Source of the DNA: Klebsormidium nitens
Lineage: Eukaryota; Plantae; Klebsormidiophyceae
NCBI GenBank assembly: GCA_000708835.1
Contig: DF237493.1
Span: 1-59,421 of the forward strand
Direction of reading: 5' to 3'
DNA: 59,421 nt
Shown piece by piece: positions 1-10,985 of the stretch. The notes beneath the pieces were generated by a model that did no database searches, had not been told where the DNA came from, and saw only the letters and a program-made list of their open reading frames with translations. The position numbers and the translations under genes were made by a program. The first letter of the stretch is position 1; every line of letters begins with the position of its first letter.

Positions 1-87
1 GTACCAAATAACACCATGCTTTTCCGGAAAACGCTCAAAACTGCGCAGAATCAAGGTTTTTGGAAAAAGCATGGTGTTATTTGGTAC
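1..87. repeat. Perfect 23-bp inverted repeat (hairpin), arms 1-23 and 65-87
   Basis: gtaccaaataacaccatgctttt (1-23) is the exact reverse complement of aaaagcatggtgttatttggtac (65-87). It may extend past the window edge. Confidence 0.9.
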
Positions 88-2707
88 ACCCTCCGTTAAT
101 ATGGGCTACCAAAAATTCTTTTGACATCCAGCTTCCCCCCATGAGGAAAGCCTTCCTTTCGAGAAGATTCTATCTTTCTTTTTTTCCTACGGAGCCATTT
201 TGCCGGGGGGGTCCTGCAGCGTAAACTGCACATTTTGCCAACTTCTCTTGAACTTCGTATTGCTCTAGCATGTTGTATCATAGCTCGAGAGGCCTACAAA
301 CATGCTTCTCAATGCGCCCTCAACCACCTCGAAAAAACGGAATGCAAACCCATGATGTCTACATATCAAGTTTTAGGGTTTTGAACATGCTCCCACTGTC
401 GAATACCGTCATACCACCTTAAGCTCATGCAAGGAACGGATAGTGTTAAAGCTCCAACGCTAAAACTAAAACGCTAACACTGAAAACCTAACCCACAAAA
501 AACACCCGCTCCGCACCCGAACCCACCCTAACCCCCAGGCTAATCCTCTAATCCCACCCGTCCCAGAGCTTACTATTCCTGTAGTGTCATTCTATTCCCT
601 GCTCGCGAGAGCTCGACCGACCTTCTTGAGGTGACACCACTGTGACGTTTCGACGTTGCCCAAATACTAGGGGTCTAGCGTTCGAGCCTTCCTCGTCGAC
701 ATCGCGGCCGTGCCGTTTTGTGGGTGACTCAGCAGGGGAAGGGCAGAAGGGGCCACCAAATTCCCACCAAATTGGCCTCGCGTAAAGCAAACGAGCCCCG
801 GCCGGTGTGCTTAGACGTGATAGACGGTTCCCAATGTTACTGTATCCCGTGCGTACCGCAAAAAATCTGCGCGCCGGGCACCCGAACTCAACCAGCTGGG
901 GGGGGGGGTAGCCAGCTGTTTTGTCTGAGTGGATTATTAGTACGATGCAATTCGTAGATGAGGCTTGAGATGTGATGGCGCAGAGGCGCTGCCGCATCGA
1001 CAAGATACCGCATGACATCTAACCACCCAACTGTTGTCCTACGTACTTACCCGTTTCTCGGGCCCGGGTGCCTATCTTTAGTCACGTTAGAGGCACAGCG
1101 GTGAGGGGGCTCCAAGTCTTTGATTTCGGGCTTTGTGGGCAACCTGCCAGGGACAAACATGCCTACAGTATTGTAGTATGGGCATCGGAGAGATGTGACA
1201 TGTCCATGCCTGTTGAATGGTATTCATTATAAGCCCTTAATGAGCACCTTAAAAATTAGCACCTACGAGTCCAACCCGGGCCGCACGGAGGGGGCATGGA
1301 GGACGCGCATGAAACCGACTGGACGACTGTAGTTTATTCACGCTAGCCAGGCGGCTTAGTAGCCATGCGCTATATGTATAGAAAGAAGAACTACTTCTCG
1401 AACTTCCCTATATATGCCAGCCTCTCATCCTCTAAACCCGGCCTAGCAAGTTGCTTGAAAAGAGATCGGCGAGCTGAGTATGTATCCGCCGCAGTCCTGA
1501 AGGACGTGTGAAGGACAACCCCGCATATAATGCCAGGCGATTCAATTCTTGGGCGGGAACCCCAAAGTCGCAACGCCGTCTAAACGAAAATCAGTCCATC
1601 AAAACCGTCAGTTGATTGAATTTGGTAGTATCTTAGTATACATGGAGACATGGACATTGTCTAGTAGTACTAGCAATTGGGGCAGCCGATCCCCAATTGT
1701 CCGGGTATGCTTTGAAGCTCGTTTGAAGAAGTTATAAGTCGTTGCTTAGTATATAGGTACTATATACTACGGTTTCATACCGTGGCTCCCCTTGAAGGCG
1801 CTCCTGCCGCAACAATCGAAGGGGCATTGCACCTGAAGAGTTGCCGGCCACAGCTTCTAGGCTTCTTTGGCTCTTACATACGTACATAGCACATGGATTT
1901 TTTGCGCTCATATGTATATGTCCAATTGTTCTGACCGGATTGGCAGAGTATGTTGCAGTTCAGTGCCACACTGAATTTACTAGAAATGTCATTTCCAAGT
2001 TTTTTTTGGCATGCAAGCACTAGTGCACGACCATGCGACGGTTTCGGGAGACGTGCAACACATTGTCATGCATTCACTTAGTCGTTTGCCGCATCGATCT
2101 ATAGCACCGATGGGATATGGCATGACAGCTCTCTGTCATGCGAGTAGGCTCGGGATTTGATTAGGCTCGCGGTAACTAGAGGGTGGGACATGTGTGCCGG
2201 CAATTAAGTGTTAAAATTTCTTAGCCATTTAAATGGTGCATTCACGGAGTAGGTAGCTTGCGACAACATTGCCGCTTGATTGAGAGGTGGTCTTGACGGC
2301 AACCACCGTGCATTGAGTAACATAAACGGCAATTCCTGAATGTCCATTTATCTACAATCCACCATCTCTAGCTCTTACACATGTTAGTTGGGGATCCGTC
2401 AGCCGACTCGATTCCAGGGCGCTATCATTGCAACTTACACGAAGCCTTTAGAATATCCCGACAAGAAATACTCGTGCAACCAATGACCCTACATAGTTGT
2501 CGAACTCCTGAAATAACTGAAGCACCCGTTCAAGAAGCATGGACAATGTCTTCTGTACTCTCCTTTGCCTATACCGTCACCCTTAATCCCTACACATCTC
2601 GTGAAGTATCAACTGGCTCTGGACGGCTACAACGAGCATAGCACGCCTGTATACAAAACCCTCTACCTCTCATCGTGCTGGCCGGTACCTACGACTGCTT
2701 CCGTGTG

Positions 2708-5700
2708 TCATCGCCGTTTCTTGAGAGCTGAAAGATCGATAAAGTCCGAAAGCCTGCACAAAGCGATAACACGGCAGATGACGCAATGGCAACGAGTAGA
2801 AGCCAAGAACCTTTTCATCGCTTCCACCGCCCGAGCAATGCCGCTTCAGAAAACGTAACATTCTTATCGGTCCCAAAGTACTACGACGACTCTATGACCT
2901 TGCGTGTTGCTGACGGGTCCAGTTTCATGGCTTGCTAACTTTTCAACAACCCAAATGGGACACTGGTCGCACTTGACCAACCCTGATTGTCACTGTCCCG
3001 TCCGCAGCGTGAATTCCTCCTCACGCCCGTTCTGGAAGCGGCAGTGCCGGCAAAGGTGATTTACCATTGTGAAGCCAAAGGGATACTCACACTCAATACT
3101 ACACGTTTTGACGGAAACTGCTCTCACCTGACCGATTTTGGGATGGTGACAGAACTATCCGCCGTCCCCAGATGCCGCATCGTGACTCCTTCCACGCGCC
3201 CGTCACAAAGGCGGTTGCGGTAAAAGCGCCCAAACCAGGTCACTTCTCTCTTGAGGCCAAAGGAATCAAAACCCTAACTCCTAAACATAGGGCAGAAGTG
3301 GTCTCACCTGGTAGACTTTGCAATGGTTTCTGTCCCATCGGGAGACCCCAGATACGTCCGTCGCGGAAGCGGCGCTGGCAAAGGCGCTTTAACGCGGTCC
3401 TCGTGAAGTCACAGGATATCCATACTAAACACTACAGGTTTTCAAGGCGACTGCTCTTACCTGACCGATTTGGCAATTGTCACTGTCCCGTCCGCAGTCC
3501 CCAGAAGCCGCAGTGTAACTTCTTCCTCACGTCCGTCGTGAAAATAGTGTCGGCAAAAGCACTTTCCCCAGGTCATCTTCGAACTAAAAGTCCGGATGCA
3601 ATTTGGATTCCCCTGATCCATTTTGCGGAAAACACTGTCCCGTACGGCGACGAACCTTCTCCAGCGCTCCCGTCACGGAACGGTGGCAGCCAAAGCGGCT
3701 TATCCAGTTTGTGAAGGCAGACTCAAAACCTTAAAACCAACAAGGCGAAGTATCTCACCTGACTGATTTTGCGATGGTCACTGTCCCGTCCGCAGTTCCC
3801 AGGTGCCGCAGCGTGACTTCTTCCTCACGTCCGTCGCGGAATCGGTGTCGGTAGAAGCAGCTGGTGCCGAATGGGCAGCTGCCGTCACCGAAGTTGAAGT
3901 GGCGGCAGTCGATGGCTTTGAGCTTCCGCTTGTAGCCCTCCAAGATCTGGTCCTTTTCCTCTGGACTGGCATACCAAACCTGGAGAAAGATGATCAAGAT
4001 GATTATGGGTCCTGGTTACTCGAGGAGTTTCGAAAAGCCCAAGTAAAGTTCCGACGATCGAGCAAGGAAATGCTTTTTTGAATGAAGTTGGAAGGGCTTT
4101 CGAGCTTGGCCGTCCAGGAATCGGCGTTTCCCTCTTCACTGAGAGCGTAGAAAAAAATGTCACGAGGACCTTTCGAAAGTTTTAGACGCCCAAGACGAGT
4201 ACTGAAACTAATCCAGACAATGGAGTGCTCTTATCGGAAGCTCAAAGTGCGCTCGGGTCTGCAATACGAGAATCCAGAATGTTCTTCTTCTCCTCGGGCC
4301 TGCAAATCGAAACCTGCACTGCATCTGACAGGGTTTTGAAACCAGGCGGTTTGCCAAACGGACAGAGTTCGCCGAAACTGCGGGGACTGAAACTACAGTG
4401 TTCGGCCTCCAAGAATTAAGAGCGCTTGCTTTGGACTCAGTGATTAAGCCTCAGCCTCTGCGCAAGCGCTGCGCTGCGCGAACGCATCTTATGGCTATTA
4501 GGACGACAACACGTGCTTGTACCTTCCGTTTGCTCCGGGTCTGTTTTCCTTTCCCACAAACTGAACAAGAAGTGTCGAAAGAGAAGGGACGCAGCATCCA
4601 AATAAGGCCGGGCATGACTGGATAGCGAAGGCCTCTGCAAACGAGAAAGGGACAAGCAGCAAAGACGAAAGCAATTAAAAAAAAACAAGGGAAACAGGGA
4701 GTTGATTGCCACACGCGGCGTGACGAGGTAAGAATGCTGTGGACACTCAGGGACGAGCGCACGAAGACGTTACGCTCCAAACCCCCAAAAAAGAGCATGT
4801 GCGGATAGCTATTCAAAATAAGAGTAATAGATACAAGAAAGGAAACTCAGGGACGAAAAACGGAGGATGGCTTACCACACTCGGCGTGACAAAAGTAGGA
4901 CTGCTATCCCCAGAAAGGGCACAAGCGCACAACGGCGTTGAGGTCCAAACCCAAACAGGTACAGAATAAAGAACAAACAATGACTGCGAAAAAGAACCAA
5001 AAGCAGAAATAGCAGATACAGGAGATTGAACTAGGGTTAGCTTACCACACTCGGCGGGACGAAGTAGGACTGCTGGCGGCACACGGGGCGCACGAAGGCG
5101 TTCAGGTCCAACATCAAAACAACTAGAAGGAAAACAAGGAAAGAGTATTTGCAAATCAAAACAGAACGAGAAAAAAACAGATACAAGAAAACAGCCAGGG
5201 ATTGGAAAGGCGGTTAGCTTACCACACTCGGCGTCACAAAGTAGGACTGCTGTCGGCACACGGGGCACGGGCGCACGACGGCGTTGAGGTCCAAACCAAA
5301 AAGACAATTACACAAAAGTCGAAAGTACAATGGTTGCAGATTGGGGGGGGAAAAAATCTAAGTGGTACAGGAAAAAACAGTCAGGGACGGCAAAAAGTGG
5401 TTAGCTTACCACACTCGGTGTTACGAAGTAGGACTGCTGTCGGCACACGGGGCACGAGCGCACGACTGCGTTGAGGTCCATTCCGGGCGTCGTATGGTCG
5501 CCGCTGCGCCAGCCGCGTATGCAGCCGATGCAAAAGGCATGGTCGCAGCCGGAGAGGATCCCGAACTTGCGCTCGGCGACCCGCGGTTTCGAGAGGACCT
5601 GCACGATAGAGCAGCCTTTTTCAGAACGGCAGAAATTAGGGATTAGGGAGGGGGCAAAAGAAAAAGAGACAAGGAAAAGAGCAAGCGCGCTGTCTTATTC

Positions 5701-8700
5701 AAGGTCGCAGGAGGATCCCGAACTTGCGCTCCGCGACTTGCGGTTTGGAGAGGACCTGCGCGAAACGAGCATTCTTTCTAAAAACGGCGAGGGGGGAGAT
5801 GTTGAGGGGATAACGGGGGCACAGGACAGAGAGATGAGACCGACTAAGAAGGTTCCAAAAGGACCTGCGAAACAGAGCAATCTCGTTCGGCTGGCCAACG
5901 GAAAGGGACGATGAGATACAACATGAGGCAAGGCAGAAAGACGAAGAGAACAATTTTGCGTCGGGGACCTGCGGCTTCGAGACAACCTCGAAAGAACAAT
6001 CTCGTTTGGCACTGAGACTGCAGAAGGGGACACAAAAAAACAGACGAGGGCCGAAGACTAAAGAGAAAAGGGTTGCGCTCCTGCGACCGACAAATTGCAT
6101 ACAACCTGCGCAGAGAGCAGTAACGTTTTGGATGGAAGTGAGGACACGAGGAGATTCAAGAGAGGGGTAGGTCGGGAGGAAGAGGGGAAACCCATTGCGT
6201 TCTGCTTCCCAAGATATAAAAAGGACGCAGAGAACAATCACTTTATCTAGAACGGCAAGGACACAGAAGGTAGGGGGACGTCAGAAATTGAGGGCAGGAC
6301 AGAAAGATGAGGGAGGAGAGATCTACGCTATGCGATCCCAAGCAGCTGGTTTGAAAGGTTTCCTTCCCGCTTTGCGAAATGAGCCGTCACGTTTGGAACG
6401 GTAATAAAAGCAGAAGACGAGGGAGTAATCTCGAAGCAGGAGGGCCCAGCACGATGCGAAGTGAAAGCTTAAAAATCTCCGGCTCTGCTATTCAAATTAG
6501 AACGGCGCTCCAAGTAACGGTACGGACGTTGAAATTATGCTGAACAAACGAGAGGGGCAAAGGAATGGAAGAACAGGTCAGGCAGACAATGGAAGGGGAA
6601 AAAGGTAGCTTGGAGCCGCTTCTCAAGATCCCTCGTCGAAAGAACATTGGAAACGGACGTCTCATATACAAAGGCTTTTCCGGGTTACTCCTAGGACACA
6701 ACAAACTGACCCAAAAGCAGACGCTCCAGCAGGCAGAAAGACAGCTTTCTAAGTCGAAGGCAGGAAGAAGCTTTTAATGTCCAAGAAAGCAGAACATATC
6801 TGCTTCAAAAGCACAGCACTGGCCCGCAGTTGCTCTGACCTCTTACTTTTCATACGTTACCATCAGACATCCAGTGGAGTCAAAATCCCGACCAACCAGA
6901 AAGCATCCAGATCTTTTCACTTCTCAAGGTCAAAGCTCGAAGACTATCTTATTCTTTGACGCACACACTACTGTATCAGCATAAACCCCGAACCGTTGTA
7001 TTCCTAAATCCTCGAAACCTCAAATTTGTCCAAACTCACCCGCTCGAGACACACGCAGCACTCCACCTTCTGGCTCTTCTGCAGCTGCTTCAATTTCTTC
7101 ACCCGTTTCTCGCACCCCTCCAAATGCTCTTTAGTTTCCTCGGGCCGGTGCGGGTGCAGGCACCGCTTCCCGCACGATGGACACTTGTCGCCGTGCAATT
7201 GGCCGCAGCTTCCCCCGTCTTTTTCCCGGGGGCAGTCCCCGGCAGCCGCGAAAGGGCAGATCGGTTGATCCTTGGGGGAAAGGTTTGGGTTTGCGTTGTC
7301 GGTTTCGGAAGGGTTTGCGTTTGGAGAGGCAAGATGGGGAAAGTCGTCTAGCGAGTTGTTTCTCACGAGGCCGGAGGTTTGAGGCGTCTCTGCAGTTTCG
7401 CTGCTTTGGGGGTGTTCGGAGTTAGTTTCGGGGGGGTTCTGAGGGGCGGCAGGGAACGGGGTAGCGTGGTAAACCTGAGGGGTTTGAAGATACGGGTTTG
7501 CCGCTTCAGGGTATGGTTGCGCATACTGCTGGTAAGGTGCTGGGGAGTAAGTCTGCGGATACATTTGACCAGGGACATAAGCTATTGGGGGCGACGGAGA
7601 AAAGCTCTGAGGATATGGCTGCCCGGGCACATAAGCTATCCCCTGCATCTCATACCCGTTCATCGCCGCGTACTCGTCCTGGTCGCTTATGGTCATTTGG
7701 TCCACCCAGTCCCACAACTCATCGGGCAGCCCGTTGTCCTCATAGGGTATGCCGTTCTCGTCCGTCAGCCCATAAGGCGGCACCATAAGCGCGCCCCCCA
7801 TGTGAGGGGGGTAGCCCGCGGCAGGCATATACTGCCCCCCATTTGGATCTTGATAAGTGGAAGAGGGGGAGAAGGCACGCGCGGCAGAGTTCAAGCCTGG
7901 GCTTATGCTGTGGGGGATCCCTGGGCTGACTTTCCCCCCTTCTGACGCTTCCTGCAGATGAGGGGGTCTCCATGCCCCCCGCTGCACATCGAACTCCTCC
8001 CCTGAAGAATCTCTAGCGTTCTCTGCCTGCTCGCTCGCCTGAGCGGTCCCGTTAGACATTCCTAAGTCTGAGGTTTGCCGGGGAAGATCTGACTCGCTGG
8101 AATCGAGTAAGGGGGTTTCCGTGGCAGTGTGCGATGACACCCCCCCAGAAGCGGACCCGTTTCCATCGGAAACTTCGCCGCTAGCACTCCTCAGAACTGC
8201 GTCCACTGAGTTGGGGCCCTGCTGACCAACTGCATGCCCGTTTTCCACCCCTTTCGTCGGACTCTTCGCGCCAGAAACAGGGCCCTTGGGCGCATTTGCT
8301 CCTTTTTCCCCGGGCTTCGACAGTTCCCTCCCGTTCTCTTTTCGCGCCTTTGCAGCCATCGCCGCCCAAGACTTGCCCCCGTTTGCATCGACGCCGTCCC
8401 TATTCACACCCCCCTTGTCCTCACTCACTGGCCTGGTGGGAATTGGGCTCTCCACCTGAGTTCCCCCCAGAATCATTGCAGTGGGGCTGTGGGCCGAAAC
8501 AAGCACGGACGGGGGGCTGCTTTCGGGGGCGGGATGACCCCCGGCTGCGGGCTTTCCGGCAAGGGGGCCCCAACCTTGCGTCTCGGCAAGCTTCCGGGCA
8601 GAGACATGTTCGTAGCGACAGTTTGTTCCATAGCTGCAGTTTCCACGCAGGTAAAACGTGCACACCTGGAAGTACAGAAAAGGCGTTAGCGAATTGCGAC

Positions 8701-9711
8701 TTGAATAGACCAACGTCCTCAGCGGCTTCTGAAAACCGGGAATCTCCCAATCTGAAAATTGATAGTTGACGAGGCCAACTTATTGCTCACTTGGTGACGT
8801 ACTCGAAAGCAATACGTGCATAAACCTTCTCCAGAAGGACAAGCAGTGAAAGCTTTTTGCGAAATCCACTTTTGGTGCGACTAACCGATATCCAGTGTTG
8901 AATAAAGTTGCGTACTCCAAACATGCAAATCTGAACTTATGAAGTATGCAATGCAAAGGCAAAGACCATGGTTTCTCTAATTTTATAAAAGACTCCTGTC
9001 AAAAGGACCTGAACGATCAACTCGTGTTTGGAATACACAACTAACACCACCGTTTGGTGAAAGATCTGTGTAAGAGAATCGCAACAGATCGCACCGTCAC
9101 TTTTCAATTACTCAAACGGCAAGGCATAAGACAAGAGTGGCTACTGCAGAATCTCAGAGTGAGTACGTATGCTACTCAAGGAACCGCCAGGAAAGCATTG
9201 AATTGACATTTTTGGTGCAGCAAAAACTGTGCATATAGCATGATGTTAAGTACGTAAGGAAAAGATGAGTGCCCCAGCAAAAAGATGTACAGGAGACTTA
9301 CATTGCTCGGCTGATCTTTGAGGTTGTGTGAGAAGGGGCAAGCGTCGCCCTTCTTGCACGCGTTCAGCGCAAAGTAACGACACAGCACCCTGCGCATGTC
9401 AACGGAACAGGTGCGGTCAACAAACCCGAGTTACGCACCCTCTCAACCAGATACTGGAAAATAATGTATGAAGCTGCTGACACATGGTGTAGTAAGGCGT
9501 GCACAGAAAGCACTTGACAAGCATGCCAGAGAAAGTACACCATTACCAAGCTGTCCTGCTGTCATTCTGATGTGAAGCATGCATCGCGACTAGTTTTGTC
9601 GCCAGAATTCCTCCAGACGCCAGAGTCTCAAGCACATGACAGCAACGTCGCGCGCGAGCAGATTTTAAAAACGAAGAAAGTGACAAACCTCTTCTGCCGG
9701 ACGTTACTCAT
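2708..9711 (-). CDS. MKRN: Makorin-family RING E3 ubiquitin ligase with CCCH zinc fingers, ~730 aa, 6 coding exons
   Basis: Exons (minus): 9711-9689 (alternative copy 9947-9925), 9389-9302, 8665-7040, 5598-5410, 3979-3759, 2753-2708. All are GT-AG and phase-compatible. Product: [25 protein letters not shown] (CCCH1), [19 protein letters not shown] (CCCH2), [58 protein letters not shown]-terminal [21 protein letters not shown], ending [15 protein letters not shown]. This is canonical Makorin architecture. Confidence 0.93.
2975..3700 (-). repeat. Five decaying copies of the Makorin exon-5 3' end plus donor site, inside the last intron
   Basis: The real edge (plus-strand ctcacctgactgattttgcgatggtcactgtcccgtccgc, 3754 onward) recurs at ~3611, ~3457, ~3303, ~3123 and ~2975. 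Three copies keep the GT donor. Confidence 0.85.
4700..5300 (-). repeat. Four copies of the Makorin exon-4 3' end plus donor
   Basis: cttaccacactcggcg..gtaggactgct..cacgg..gttgaggtcc recurs with donors at 5221, 5044, 4874 and a degenerate one at ~4708. The real donor is at 5408, giving spacings of 187, 177, 170 and 166 bp. Confidence 0.9.
5700..6115 (-). repeat. Copies of the Makorin exon-4 acceptor plus 5' end (one clear, several faint)
   Basis: gaggatcccgaacttgcgctc..cggttt.gagaggacctgc at 5711-5759 duplicates 5544-5602. Fainter ggacctgcg remnants lie near 5865, 5965 and 6100. Confidence 0.75.
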
Positions 9712-10152
9712 TTGACTGATGGTATTTAAATCTCTAGATTACTAACTCTAGATTACTAATTGCCCATAACAAATCCTTCTGTCATGCAACATATGTGGAG
9801 CCTGAAGCCGCACTGAAAACAACCATGACACAAGGGCCCAAACGCCCAGGAGAGAAGAGGAAGATATTTACCTATCCGTCATTTTTGCGGTCCGCCGTCT
9901 TGCACGCACTGGGAATTGACAAACCTCTTGTGCCGGACGTTACTCATTTGACTGATGGTATTTAGATCTCTAGATTACTAACTCTAGATTACTAATTGCC
10001 CATAACAAATCCTTCTGTCATGCAACATATGTGGAGTCTGAAGCCGCACTCAAAACAACCATGACACAAGGGCCCAAACGCCCAGGAGAGAAGAGGAAGA
10101 TATTTACCTATCCGTCATTTTTGCGGTCCGCCGTCTTGCACGCGCTGGGAAT
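9681..10152. repeat. 236-bp direct tandem duplication containing the Makorin start-codon exon
   Basis: Copies span 9681-9916 and 9917-10152, with 5 mismatches counted. Each contains ATG AGT AAC GTC CGG CAG/CAC AAG AG|gtttgt on the minus strand. Confidence 0.95.
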
Positions 10153-10985
10153 TATCTTCAACACGCCTCCATCACAGCCAAGAAGGTGGTACAAGCTCCC
10201 TCAGGCTCAGGGGTGGCAGCTCAGACCGCCCCAGAAGACAGCACAGAACATGTGTGGCATCGTGTGCATGCAGGGGGAGGGCCCGGTAATGGTTACGACA
10301 CACCGTCCGTTACCATGTTCGGTCGCATATAGCTGCATGATCACGAAACCCTGCAAACCCTCAGACGTCACGGTCTTTATCCGGGCCGCTCGGCGCGCGC
10401 CGCGGTCGTACGCGCACAGGACAGACAACGGTCCAGCTACGTAGTACGTACAATCGGCTAAGTTGTGCACAATTACTAACAGCTATCATTGACGTAGAGC
10501 TGCCTACACCGAGTCAGAGCTAGATCGAGCAATAGCCCCACATACAGGCGCACGTGGGCAGAACTGCGGGTCAGATAAACGGCCTCGCCCCGCTCGCCTC
10601 CTTGCACAACTAGTATCATCGTATGTTGCCACGTGTCGTCCAACTTTCACCCAAACATGCACTCAATGATCCAGTACCGCGGCCGCGCCGATCCATATAC
10701 GAGATATATTGCAATGCTCCTCGAGGCATAACCTTGAAACTTGGCCGCAACTTTACTGCTGCCATCTTCGGGCCTGCCATGTGCGTATCCCCAGGTGATC
10801 ATACGCGGCACATCCAACATGCATCGGCATGTGCGCGCGCTGAGGAATTGCAGCATTGATCAAAGTGATGGTAAGCGATCAAGCATGCATGTGTTCTAGC
10901 GCGTTCATGCGGCCGCCGAGCAGTGGGAACTTATCCTCTCCAAAAACAAAAGACCGATTCTTTTTGCGGTACCACTGGCTCCGTT

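Noticed and set aside
1020-2700. Possible degenerate transposon between the window start and the Makorin 3' end
   Set aside because: No recognisable RT, integrase or transposase motif and no terminal repeats were found. Part of it is probably Makorin 3' UTR.
2565-2858. Plus-strand ORF with a transposase-like look (..[15 protein letters not shown]..)
   Set aside because: The 'ESLHK' part is the antisense of the Makorin last exon (2753-2708, [15 protein letters not shown]), and the rest has no coherent catalytic motifs.
4700-5410. Repeat-spacer arrays resembling CRISPR (also 13600-14650 and 28245-29013)
   Set aside because: The repeats are 60-110-nt copies of adjacent eukaryotic exon ends with splice sites, the spacers are mutually related intron sequence, and there are no cas genes.
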